64,000 nt of DNA. Source: Trichoplax adhaerens (taxonomy: Eukaryota > Animalia > Placozoa). Below, in pieces: positions 25,701-39,131 of the stretch (position 1 is its first letter; each line of letters starts with the position of its first letter). Position numbers and translations under genes: made by a program. A model generated the notes under the pieces. The model was not told the origin of the DNA and did no database searches. It saw only the letters and a list, made by a program, of their open reading frames with translations. Location of the stretch: the NCBI RefSeq assembly GCF_000150275.1, contig NW_002060949.1:1237836-1301835 (forward strand), in the 5' to 3' direction.

Positions 25701-28700
25701 TTGTCATTACCTTGGCAATCGTTGTTGGTAAAATAATGACTGGGAAGACAATTATCACAGCGAATACCCGTATAATTAGCTCTACATTGGCATTGTCCAC
25801 TAGTATCACAAGCAGAACTTATAGAACCATCCACATCGCAAAGGCAATCAATACATTGGCCAAAATACATAAAAGTATTAGTCTAAATATGAGAAAAAGA
25901 ACAAACATAATCAAAGGGATAGCCATTTTTAGTTATGAAATCATTTTAGTATCCTATATTGAATCTATGATAATTGTTATCCATCGCTACACATAAGTAA
26001 TACTTTATTGCCGTAGCTATATACTAATTGATAGCTCTGAGAAATGAAATAAGATAAATTACGAGGTAAAATATCGAAAAATGATAGGATTAACTATTTC
26101 ATGGATGTACTTAACCATGCTATGCTTTTATAATGTGCTCTGCAGATAGAAATCACGCACAATGCCCTGTCTGAGTAAACTTACAATGCAGCTATCACAT
26201 TTATATCCCGTATAATTTGGTTTGCAAGTACATCTGCCACTGCTATTACATTGGTGAGATAATGAACCTGTTTGGCTGCAACTGCACTCTACGAAGTAGA
26301 TTAAATGAGAGAATTTAAAGCATCGAACAAGAAAATTTGTATTAGCAATATCTAAAAAATTTGTCGTTAACATGTATTTATATTTCGTTACAGTTATTTT
26401 GTTACTCGTATATCCATGCCGCAGATTTTTAAAACAAACTTACGGCGGCAATTCTTAGCTACAATTGCATCACCAAAGTAACCGTCAGCGCAAATTTGGC
26501 ATTGATCACCAGCTGTATTCCGAATACATTTTAAACATTGGCCAGTCGTTCTATTGCAGTTACCAGCTTGTGTTAGATCGATATTCCCGTTGCACTCACA
26601 TGGTTTACATATGTCACCAGCACTCCTTGGATTACCAAAATAGCCATCCGCACATCTGTATTTGTTACGTATATTAAAAAATAGTCCCTTAGTTTACAGT
26701 AAGATGCAGCGATCAATGGTATCAGGATATAAGATTATGAATGGATTTGCATACGTATGTTATCCATTTATTACGCAATGGCCCAGACCCTTTAATCATA
26801 ACATTATTTTTGGTAGATAATTAACTTACTGGGATTAACTGATAGCAATTCTATGTCTATTTTCATTTAGACTAGTATAGATTTGCGTGATTTTAAATGT
26901 TGTTTGTAATGAGTTTACAAAGCTAAGCTATGCTATCTGGTTATATTTAAAAGGAGAAATATACAATTTTCTGACTGTAGCTTCCTGGCGATAAGTACTA
27001 TAGTTCATCAGCACACTGAGCTCAGTGTGCAAGCATTTGATTAGAAACTTGTGTAAACAGTGATTGCTATCTCTGTTTAAAGATTTCGGATGTAACACTG
27101 ATTTAATTTAATATCAAGGTCATTTCATTACGGTAAAAGGGTCTTACCTTTCACAGTATTTGCCTAGATATTGTTGCGAGCAATTTAGACAAGTATATGA
27201 GCCCATCCCATCTGATTGACAGGTGGGGCTAAAGCTAAAAAAAATGAAAAGTATGTCATACAATGTCTATAAAATATTAATTTATGGTATCAGAACTTAA
27301 ATTCAGTTGTAATTAATGTTATTATACAGTATTTTATAGCAAGTATCATACTGCATATATTATTACGCCTGATGTTTAGTAAATGTTCACACATATTTGT
27401 ATTCATATTTATACTACAGAAAATAACTAGTTAACTAGATTAATAATCCAAAAGATCGGCGTACTTGTTTGCTGACACTAAGGGACAAGCACACGGAGTA
27501 CAATCGTTTACGTTGCCCTGCTTAGCATTTCCATAAAAGCCTACTTTACACTGATCGCAAAATCTTCCATCTGTATTATGTTGACAATTCTATAATATAT
27601 CAAAATTTAATATGAATGTGACAGGTATGAAAGGTTGAGTTATGAAAGACAAGATAAACTCATGATACATTAACTTTTATTCTCTATGGTAAGGGAATTA
27701 TATATAAAGCATACCTGGCACACGCCTGTTTCAGAATCACAAACGCCGGAATGTCCATTACATTGGCATAATATGCAAGTTCCATTGCTAGCTCTTTTGT
27801 AACCTGCACCACATTTTTCACAAGACGTACCGGCATAACCAATAGGGCAATTGCATACTTCAATAATAGGTGCAGCAGCTCCTACGGTATTATTAGCTAC
27901 TGCAACATCGATTCGGATATTACTGAGACTGTATGAGACGTGAGATCGATAAATCGTTAGTATTCTTAAGGAAACGTAAACAAGGAACTGATCTGAGATT
28001 TTACAGGAATACCAGTTTCAAACAATAATTACAGGGAAACTGAAATTACAGCTTACTCTGCTGTAGACTGGTCTACTCCAAAACGAGCTCTTATTAATAC
28101 AGATGATAATCTGGCCAAAATTCTCATAAATTCAGATCTTGTCACAAGTTTATTACTAGGACTAATTCTCCATCCATCTTCTCGCAATGTAACAGCTTGA
28201 TTCACTGTTACATGATTTAGTGTATTTGGTAAACTTCTGTATATTATTGTGTTATCGTCACCACCCTAATCGTAAGACCATAATATTATTAAAATTACAG
28301 AATCAGTAAAAAGAAATCAATTTGTCGAAGTTATTTATTTCGACAAATTGATTCCATTTTATTGATTCTATGATCATATGTTAAAAAAGGACTTTTACAA
28401 ATATTTTTCATACAGTAAAGATAAGATCCTGATCGGTCGACATGGTACTGGAAGTTTGGCTATCATATTGAATATCAAATCGAAGAAATCCTCCATAAGA
28501 CGTGATCTGATTCCGTTGGAATAAGATAAAATTTAGTTACAACAACTTTGTTGAAATTATAAAGTCATAACACCTCGTCATTGCTTTCAGTAGATTATTT
28601 TAATGCAATGATTGCAGAAAGTGATACCTTATTTCTTAAGAAAACTTCTGGCACTTTCCAATAATAAATTTGACGTTGTAATTGGCTACTCAGTTGATTG

Positions 28701-31700
28701 TGATTTATTCTGATTCTAGGTGGTCCTGTCGTGACATTCACGCCCGAAGTAGCAGGTAAGGCGTTAAGATTATCAATAACTATCCAATCCGCTGAGATTG
28801 GCCATGGTTGCTATTAAACGTGCATTGTGATCATTGTGTTAGTTTATTTACCATTAGATTATTAAAGTATAATTATAGCAAATAACTGAAAATAATTTCT
28901 TACAACAGTCCAGTTATAATTTGATGAGGTACAAGCAGAAGCAAAGCCAGAGCAGTAGCAAGGTGTACAACCAGCAACGGAATTGGAATTAAAGTAATAT
29001 GTTGTAGCTTTACATCGATTACATTGCAATCCTTCAACGTTGGCCTTAAAAGGAAAAATTAATTTTTACAATTAAAATCCAGGGTACAAGTTTAATGTAA
29101 CAGAATCAAATATCCCCCTAGAATTGATCAAATATAAGAACATGCGACATTAACTAACTTTGCATTGACATTGGCCTGTGGTATCATGGCAATCACATGT
29201 CTGGCTACCAGTACCATTGGTTCGACATGATGATGTTGATACTCCAAACGGATTACATTGGCAACTTTTACAGCTTGGATATCCATACATGCCAAAAATA
29301 CATTGATTACATCGTCGACCGGCGTAATTTCCTTTACAACTAAAGAGTAGGGGAATGATTATAATGAAATTAAGTGTCATCGCAAAAAAAACGTGTATCT
29401 CACAATCATTTGTTGATCAGAATTATATCCGAAGTGGAAGCGTGAAATTTGCTTTACCTGCATTGTCCGCTGCTATAATTACATTGTAGCGAATGAGAAC
29501 CAAAAGGCGAACAATTGCATAACTAGAAATTATAACATGTCATAAAATGATTTAAACAATACAACAAAACTTTATTAAGACATTAATTGACCATTTACAT
29601 CGATAATTGTAATTGTACATTAAATTAGTTATTCCAGTCTATTTATGTTACAAATTGATTTAGATACGTGTTAACTAAGTAAGCTAATCTTTTGTTAGTG
29701 TTCTGGATAACATGTATCATGTCCTTAGACTTTCAAACTATTCTAATCATTTTGACTGCACTTGTTATATCAAGTTGTTTATCCTTAATAACTTGAAAGC
29801 GATTATGCCAAGACTTAACAGGTTTTAATGTAGTACCACCATAACTACAATTATATGCTTTGCTCGGCTTGCCCTCCCAGTGTCTCTATTAGCGCAAGGC
29901 TGCTACAATTATTTTTTAATTCTGTTCAACTTCAAAACTATTAAGTGTCAAAATTGGAGTAGATACAGTCATTGTAGTTGTAGCCCTTACTCGAAAAATA
30001 AGTTTCACCGTAGATTTGCATAAGCAACTATGTATATCAAACAGGTACTAACGCAAATAGATATGTATAGTTAGCATTTCGCTCTTAATACAGCCGAGAT
30101 TGTCAGCTTTAGGCTCGCACATTTACGTGCAGTTACTGATATGTAATCAATAGTTTTTAGCAGAAGTGTAAAATCAAATATTTAGGGCGTTTTCCATACT
30201 CCGAGAAAGATCTCGTATGAGTCAGCTAGTTACGGCCCATAATTTAAAAACTCATTTAAAATTTACGTAAACATCAAATGAAAGAATGGCATGTAAACCA
30301 GACTATCACTTTGGTATTGGTTACCTGGCAACCTTCCAATGGATCGTAGCCGTAGGCTTGTGGAGCACAAGTATCACAATATTTTCCTTCAACATGTGGT
30401 GGACAGTCACAGTTTCCAGTCGAAGCGTCGCATGCACCTCCGGTTTTTGAGCAATTACAAGGCGCACAACCATCTTTTGTAAAGTTCCAGTAGCCTCTAG
30501 CGCATCTACATATAAAGCGGATTCAATTTAATATTGTATTACAATGATTGATGGATAACATGCCTAAAAGGAAAGCTTATACACAATACTGATCAATGTT
30601 AGTCATAATATCATAAATTAAAGAAAATATGTTACCTGCTGCAATCCCGTCCTCCGATGCCAGGCTTACATGGACATTGACCAGAACTGGTATCGCAACT
30701 TGATAAAGGGCTAACCGAGCCCACTGGATGACAATCGCAACTTTTGCAACTTGAGTTACTTTCTAGTCCATAATAGCCAACCTATATAAAATTAAATCCT
30801 TTACTTAATAAGATATTACAGGAAACAGGTTATAGAGAAAAAAAATTGAACCTATGGAAGATTCTAATAACAGTTCTATGATGTGTTTACAAATAAGTAT
30901 TGAACACCTATGGTGCTTCTTAATACGGTATAAAAATATAGATGCATTAAATGTATAGACAAGAACTACAATATAGTTGTAATGATATTTATAAGTCTTT
31001 TTGCCTATAAAGTCCGATATCTATTACAAAATAAAAGTGTCGCTCAAATCGATCATTAAGCCAGGAATAAAACTGACTACAGGGTGATTTTCATGATAAT
31101 GAAACCAAAGCCTTTCATAGATACCTACATACATATTCGACGCCTACTGCATATTTTAATGACGGCGTCCCAGTTGCTACATCATTAAAGTACAGGAACG
31201 CCAGCTACAGGATAATTTTAAAGAATAATAATAACTGTAAACTTTATGCTTACGTACTCGACACTTATCGCACGTTCGTCCAATAACAAATGGCTTACAA
31301 GGACATTCTCCGTTATTTTTGTCACATGCTTGGCTTCTGGATCCGAACTGATTACATCCACATGCTTATGTAATATAAATTGCAATTTATTTAGACTATA
31401 TGTGATTAACTGGTAATGATTGAAATTGTTACAGCAAATAGCCGAAACTCATCGTCAAATAAAATTGAAAATTTCAACTAAATTATAAAGCCATTTAAAA
31501 TCATGAAAAATAAATGATAAAAAAGTCAATGTTGTAGAATGAGTTTCAAGGAGCTTCCATAACATGTGCTTACCTCTGCAGTTTTTTAAAGTGACTGCAT
31601 CACCATAATAATCATCAGCACATACTTGACATTGATCTCCTGTTGTATTGCCTTGGCATTTTAAGCAAACACCAGTTGTTGTATTACAATTTCCTTGTAG

Positions 31701-34700
31701 CGAAAGGTTGATATTACCACTACAATTACAAGGTCGGCAAGTTTGATTAATTTCTTTAGGATTGCCATAGTAGCCATCAGAACAACTCTGACAAGTTTGT
31801 CCAGTATAACCAGTTGAACAGTTAGTACAAAGTAAATTAACGCCATCAGCTAGTAATTGACATGTTGGACTAAAGTTATTGCTGGCCACAGATAAAGGAC
31901 ACGCACATTGTTTACAATCATTAGGCGTTCCATACGTAGCATTGCCATAATAACCTTATAAATGATCATTTAATTAAAAAACACTTTGAATTAAGATAAT
32001 AAGATTATTACCTTTAATCAAGTCGCTTACCTAATTGGCATTGTCCACAGTCACTACCTTGGGTGTTATGTTGACAGTTATAACAGATACCAGTAATATC
32101 GTCGCAGGAATCAGTATGATTGTTACATTTGCATGGTATACATTTGCCATTTAATTGACCATTTTCGCGACGATATCCAGTTGTACATCTCTATTGAAGA
32201 CAAGTAATATGATATAAAACGAAAGCGATAGTACAATTGCATCTAATTTTATATTGTAATAATCATGATTAAAGTCGATGATATGCCATCCAGTAATTTA
32301 AACGTAAAAAATTCGGTGTTACTTTAAAATATTGATTTGATTTACTTCACATGATAATCCAGCGTATCCAGTAGGACACTGGCATTTTTCTACTTTAACT
32401 GTGCCATCTGAACTGTAAGTCCCTTCAATTCCTTTCGTCAGAGTGATATTACTAACGTAGGAATTTCTTTGATTAGAAATAAAACTTAGACGGATAAATA
32501 CTCCTGTTACATGATTCAATGTCATCATAAATTGTTCACGAGTTACTGGATTGCCAGTGCTGTTGTGGGTCCATTCAGTCTATTGATTTTGTATACAGCA
32601 AAAGCAATATTATATATTGATTGATAATAATAATATGTACCCATTAAAAAGAGAATAGAAATAGTTATTAATTCATAGATATTGATACATGGTATCTGAA
32701 TCATTAATTTTCGTCTTAAATCAGTTGTTACCTCTAATAGTCGTGCTTGAACTTCTCCTAGAACATCGAATTTTAAAGGTTGTGCTTGATTCCTCAATCT
32801 CATGCCATTACTACCAATAATAACTATTTCTGGTCGAAATTCTCGAGTTACTGTCAATGTGGTAACGTACTGTAATGTATATCGAAAATTTTCACCATAC
32901 GATGTCAACTAAGATTTAAAAATAGCCAGAAAAATAGTTAAATTAAGAGAGTATAAGCTATGGTGCATTGCAACGCTGGTAGTTTAGTGGGTATTTTATA
33001 ATAAATAAATGTTAAATATTTACAATAAATTAAATATTATTAATTAATTATATGTCACAATCAATCTTATTAGAAGTACCAAATTTCCGGTATATTCATT
33101 AGGAGCTTGCCAGTGGAATGTGTCAGCTCCATCAGTAAGGTTATAGTTAAGTCTATTATGCTGTACTATTACTGAAAAAGAATTTTGATTTCTGACATCA
33201 TAAACTTTCCAGCCGCTTAGAGAGCTGACCTGTAGTAATTATGAAAGAGGAAATAATTAGTATCGTCATCATATCCTTAGCTTATGGTGTCACGTTGGCC
33301 ATCTAATGTAGCTGCTATATAAATAAAATTATTTTACCTGTTTCTTAACTAAATTTGAACTACTACAAGTTGATGTCAAGTTGAAGCAATAGCATTTTGT
33401 ACACCCGACAGGATCATTATTATCCAATCCATATGTACCCGGTTTACATTGACGACAACCACTTCCTTGAACATTAGGCTATACAATTGATCAAGTTATA
33501 GTATGGTAAGAATTGAAAATATTCAATATTAACGATAAATAATACCTTGCATTGGCAATTAGTACTTTGACAAGTGGAATTAACACTGCCGAATGGATTA
33601 CATCGACAAGGGCTACATATCGGAAAACCATCAAACCCGATAGCGCATCGATCACATTTGCTTCCTGTGACATATTGCTTACAGAAACAGTCTCCAGAGT
33701 TCTATTTATATATAACATGAGAATTTAAAACATATAGTATATGACTACCTAGAGCTATAGGATGCTCACTTAAAAGTAAATCTATTGCAGGGATAATACA
33801 ACATGGAATAATAAATATCAGTAATGTTGGATTTAAATAAGACTATAAAGCGTTATTAATAGAGAGATTGAATTAAAGTATTGGTATTTTTTGGATAGCT
33901 AAATCGATAAAAAAGAAATCGACTTACCATTTGTGGATAACTACGAGCTTCTTCTTCATCTCTTATACAAGATCCAGTTGGTCTTCCTGGTTCATCACGT
34001 ATTCCAGCTGCATTGCATCCACATGCTTGGCATGCATCTATGGCACTGCGTGAAACACCAGTTGGTCGATAATAGAGATATTTACATCGTTGGCAATTTA
34101 TGCCTTCAGTATTATGCTGGCAATTTTGACAGATTCCACCACCTTGATAATTACCATGAATATCTAAACTTTGATTTTGATCCGCTATCGTCTGATTATA
34201 TAGACACTGATTGGTATGATTGAAGCATTGACAAGCTGGATTTTTAAAATAAGAATAAAAGGTTTAATCGATTCCTATAATTCAGTCTCAAAGCTACGAT
34301 AAAATTATTTTCTGGATGCTGATAATAAATCATTCTAAATAATTGTTTGTATTTTAATCGTGATAGATTCAAAAATGAGTGTAAATAACAGTTGATTATA
34401 CTAACGTTCACAAGCATTGGATGAATTTTCAGCAGCTGGTTTCCATGACTTTTGAATAAATGAGTCACAACATCTATCACAAGATGGTCCACAAGTATTA
34501 CGCTCGCATAAGCAACTATAGCTGTCGGTTGTGCTGCTATATTCGCATCGTCTAGCATGTCCATTACACATGCATTCCCCGCTTACTGTAATTCCTTTGA
34601 TAGAGTAGAAATACTAATAGCAAGATAATGATATCAACGAAGAAATTAGTAATTGCTAAAACTTGTCCTAAATATTTGTCAATATCATAATACTGGTAGC

Positions 34701-36686
34701 ATTTTACCCTATCAGTAACTGAGGCATCTTGTATTTCAGGGCTCTGAATATCACCTCCTAGGGTACGTATTTGCAACAATCTTAATCGTACATATCGGGC
34801 AGATAGAAAATTCTATAATGAAGCAATAGGCATTCGATATTAAAAATAAAATGCATATGGGAACAAAATTATGGTTATGTGTAATCGACAAGATCTAAAC
34901 TAATACGGAAAGATAATTTCTTTCCTTATTGTTGACATTGTGAATATTACCCTTAATTCTTCAGTATAACCACTAATTCTAGAGCCAGGTCTCCCAGTTA
35001 AAAATTGAGCGATTACCTAGTCAAGTAGAATCCTATCGTTTAAAAATGGAATCTAAAAATGCATCCTGCAATCTTAGTGGGATTAATATTATGCCTAGTT
35101 ACAAGCTAAGATAGATATTGTTGATATCCTATAAATAAATTTAGTAAAGCTTAACATCTTAAATATAATTTAAAGGTAGAAATAATTTAAAATAATAAGT
35201 GCAGGAAAGAAATTGATAGCACTATACATTACCTGAGCATTTTGAAATTGATTAGCAACGATGCCGGTAGTAACGCATATAACTTGGCTATCGCTGGAAA
35301 ATATACCATCTGGATTAGTTTCAGTCTTAAATTGATCGTAGCACTCTGATTCAGATTGTGCGTAATATTGCCAAGCAGTAAAACTTCGCCCATCTAAAGA
35401 GCGTTCAAGGACCCATCGAGCAGGTGCAGGAGAATTAGCGGTAGCCAAAATAATGTAGGTTACCCTAAAAATCTAAGTAAATCAATCATTGCTCATTAAT
35501 ACAATATTATACATAGCGGTACATAATACAGTATAAGATTGATGAAATCATAATTATACGGGTACAGTAAGCATTCTTTAATTGTATCCTTAATGTGTGT
35601 TGCTATGGATATCATAGGTAATTGGGATAGTTATTGATGTTATTCGTTGTTAATTAAAGATACTTACGCACATGCACTGTAAACTAAGATCGAAATGAGG
35701 ACTGATGTCAGTAATTGACTAAATTAACTCTTTAACAAAATGCAAGCATTACTAATTGTCAACTTCGATAGTATGGTCGCGTACATTCATATAGACATAT
35801 ATCCATATAGAACGTGCAGTACGTGTATGATGATGAAAATGTGAGGCAATAAAGTGTTCTAACAACTTCGACATTAGTTTTTTTTAGGCCTAATACAAGT
35901 ATGCACAACGATACTGTTGTTATCATAGACTTCATGTACTGGATTTTCAGTCTATTGCTACGATGCATTATATTCAGTAAATTTTTTGAACGACTATATC
36001 ATCTTATTCAGTTACATTATAACTATCTGAATATCAAACTGGGTAAAGACTTTTAGTCTAATGGTATGATGATGATTAGTCAAGAAATTTGCTATTTTTT
36101 TTAGCTAGATTGCAGTTTAAATCGAACGTTCATCATTAATAATCGTTAGTATAAGAAAAAATAGCCCGGGCATGATTGATTTGTATAACGCGTTTATCGA
36201 ATAAATCAAATATTGTGATTTATCATTTATTTAATTAAAGCGTTGATCGTATATCCAAATTTCTTGAGAGCATATAGACTTGAGTAGAATAAGGAAAATA
36301 GAAGAAGGTGGAATTTTTGAAAGACACTGTAGTTCAGGCTAACTTACCTGTTTAAGATCTAAAGTGATGGTTACGTTATTATAGTCGAAACCATTTGTTA
36401 ACGTTGGAGATTGCCACCATTTTTCTGTTCCGTCGATAGCATATCCTATTGGATGGCGTTGATTGCTTGGAGCATTAGCAGTATTATCGCAAGTTGAACA
36501 ACTATCTGGCCGATCCAGTAGGCAAAAATTTTCCGGCCTATTAGTACCACATGTTGCGCTAGCAGCTATAGAAGAAGACGGTGCTAAATCGCGAACGCTT
36601 GCATCTAAAATTTGTCCTTGTACTAACGACGCTGTTAAAGTTACTACTAAAATGATTGAAGAGATAAACTGATCTACGGCTTTCAT
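16731..36686 (-). CDS. Laminin alpha chain, alpha-1/alpha-2 type (signal peptide-LN-LE-L4-LE-L4-LE-coiled coil-LG1-3); multi-exon
   Basis: ATG 36686 starts [24 protein letters not shown] (signal peptide). LN domain (ATCG...[17 protein letters not shown]; [16 protein letters not shown]), many 8-Cys LE repeats, two L4 domains (TSYGENFRY; TSYGGFLRF), heptad coiled coil (~20800-24620) and three LG domains (e.g. FDGDGY...[12 protein letters not shown]; FYVGGIP...NNFEGCI). Final exon ends [13 protein letters not shown] (TAG 16733-16731). Confidence 0.95.
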
Positions 36687-38563
36687 ATTCTCTGATAGAT
36701 GGACTTGTCTCTTATCGATAATCAATCGATAATCTAATAAAGGATAAAGGGAGAAATCTGGTAATTTTTTCCTTTTTCTCTTATCTTATTTCTAGTTGCT
36801 CTCTCCTCGATTGCTATCTTCCGTGAAAATTCAATGACACCTAGTATGCCCCCTCTGTGGCCTAGAACTTTAATCTAGCTAAAAGCAGTTGCGAAATTGG
36901 TAAATTTATATAGAATATGATTATTGAGAAGTTAAAAATATGCTTGAAATTTTACTTTATTATGCAAATTTATTGAAAATGGATTGTTTACCTGATTCTT
37001 TCCACGTACGAAGTACATTAAGCATTTGACAACGAATCAGACCACCGCAATGTTATTAAATAAATAATCAAAATCTAATTGGAGCTTGATCATGACTCTG
37101 CTTTCAAATGCTTTCTTTACTCGTAATCTATCACCCTCCATGACACTGTATGAATTCGCTCACCTGTCTATTAGCACTATAAGTAATCAAAAATAATTCG
37201 ACTCCAACTGTCTACCAATGATTTCAAGAATGCAAATACTGTATAATAATCAATTTGCTCCCACCCCTAGACTACTCTACTGTAAGAATAGACTAACTAA
37301 CTACATCGATTGTACATCGAATAAATAATTCATACCCGGCATGAACTAATAGAAGGTATAATTGCCAGTAGTCCATGTACTGTGCCTTAGTCTACCATCG
37401 ATCAATCTTTCTCGAGTTCATCTACCCTATAAATTCATGATACCTTATGTGATTACATTAAGAATTTTACTTCAGATCAGCCTATGCGCTTTTTTTATTA
37501 TTTGCTCAGGCACGATAAGAGAAAAAATTCATGTTAGAAAATTCTGATAGCATCTAGTAAGAAAGGGCAATCGATCTACCCAATTTGATGTTATTACTGA
37601 TTTAGAACAAGAAGCTTCATATTCATTCTGATAAGTTCTTCTAGTTACGGTGAAATAATTTCTATTTTGTAGCACTACTCGCTAATGTTTTGTATAAAAA
37701 GGCAATGGTACATTGTAGAGAAAAACTTAGCTGTTCTATTCAAATCATGCAACATTTTTATTGACTAAATCAGCGAGATAGAGTCAGTTGAAATCAAATC
37801 AAATCAAGGTACAGCAAGACCATTTACGACAGTATTAAAATCATAATCATTCTGTTTTCCATTTTTACCACAACAGAACTCAACTAGGATGAAATAAAAA
37901 TGGCCCTACTGGATAAACGATCGGTCAAAGTACTCTAGCGGCTTTGTAGGAATGATTATGGCACCGTAGGGTCGTCGAAAATAGGCCCCAAGTGACGTTT
38001 TGAAATAATTATATATGCACAGGTATAATTAATTAGCTGCGTTGATATTCCATTGAGTCCAGAGCATTGAACATTCTATCTACCAAGTATGATTCGGCGG
38101 CTAACATGTAGCGCTTGCATGCACATGCTTGACGGATATTCCTGCTTAATAGTCACTAGAATATTGATACAGTAAGTATACTATCCCAAATTTGTACCAA
38201 TTTTAAAATTTTTTTCTTGATGCATATGAATTACTACATGGAACTAGGACATAGTTGCAGTCGACTACTAAATCAACGTACTTGTACTCAAGGTACATCA
38301 TCAAGCAGTGCGCAAAATAAATTCCTCCAACATGGACTACTGTATCATTTCAAATAAACATCGCAGAGAAGCTTAATGATAACGCCATCAATCGTTTGAA
38401 TAGCTAACACTAATAACTAATGATCTGACGATAAATCCGGTGATCTATTTCGATTCAAGTGAGCGCGCTGTTCCTCTTCTGTACTGTACATAGTAATCTA
38501 CATACGCACTAGGCATTAGTGCCTTGCAAAATAGGACGCATAGCACGTACACTAAACTAGCTC

Positions 38564-38713
38564 TAGCCATTTTGCATAAAATACTTTACACACTTGATTT
38601 AAGTTGTCCTCCTGATCCATTTTTAGATATATCCATATATGTCTAATGTATCATTAATAAGACAGCTATAATTAAGAAACGAAGTATATAAGTTAATTTA
38701 CGCAAAATGGCTA
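38564..38713. mobile_element. Putative MITE (150 bp) with 17 bp terminal inverted repeats
   Basis: TAGCCATTTTGCATAAA (38564-38580) versus TTTACGCAAAATGGCTA (38697-38713), one mismatch, with imperfect inward extension. The outermost TA could be the target-site duplication. Interior is AT-rich and non-coding. Confidence 0.55.
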
Positions 38714-38896
38714 TATCGGAGTGAATAAGAAGAAAGCTGCAAAAAGCACGACTGTATAGTACAGTACATTAGACCATCCAAACATATTAAAATGATTTCT
38801 AATCTTGACTTTCTCTAATCGACAACATTTTAAAAATATATAATATAATCTATTACCGTTGTATACTGGTCGGAGTATCAGCCGATGTTTTTATTT

Positions 38897-39004
38897 AGTA
38901 CTACTGCAAACTCCCGTCGCTTTGCTGACGGTTTACGATAATGTGCTCATTTAACAGATAGTATTACCATTTGATAGACCTGTCAGAGGTTCAGTAACTT
39001 TTTA
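38897..39004 (-). mobile_element. ~110 bp dispersed repeat, copy 2 (inverted); Helitron-like 3' terminus
   Basis: Reverse complement of 11028-11138 with the same hairpin; the terminal CTAG reads GTAG in this copy. Confidence 0.6.
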
Positions 39005-39011
39005 CCGTGTA

Positions 39012-39131
39012 CTCGGAGAGCTCCGAGAGTTTTTTTTTAGTATATGGGAAATTTTTTTACTTAGTGGCTTTAGAGGGGGAGGGGGAGCTCTTAATTAATT
39101 AATTGAGTAGTCCCTGGGAGAGCTCCGAGAG
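39012..39131. repeat. GC-rich palindrome and direct-repeat cluster
   Basis: Palindrome CTCGGAG-AG-CTCCGAG (39012-39027) and a 15 bp direct repeat GGAGAGCTCCGAGAG (39015-39029, 39117-39131), with G5-A-G5 runs and TTAATTAATTAA between the copies. Confidence 0.8.
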
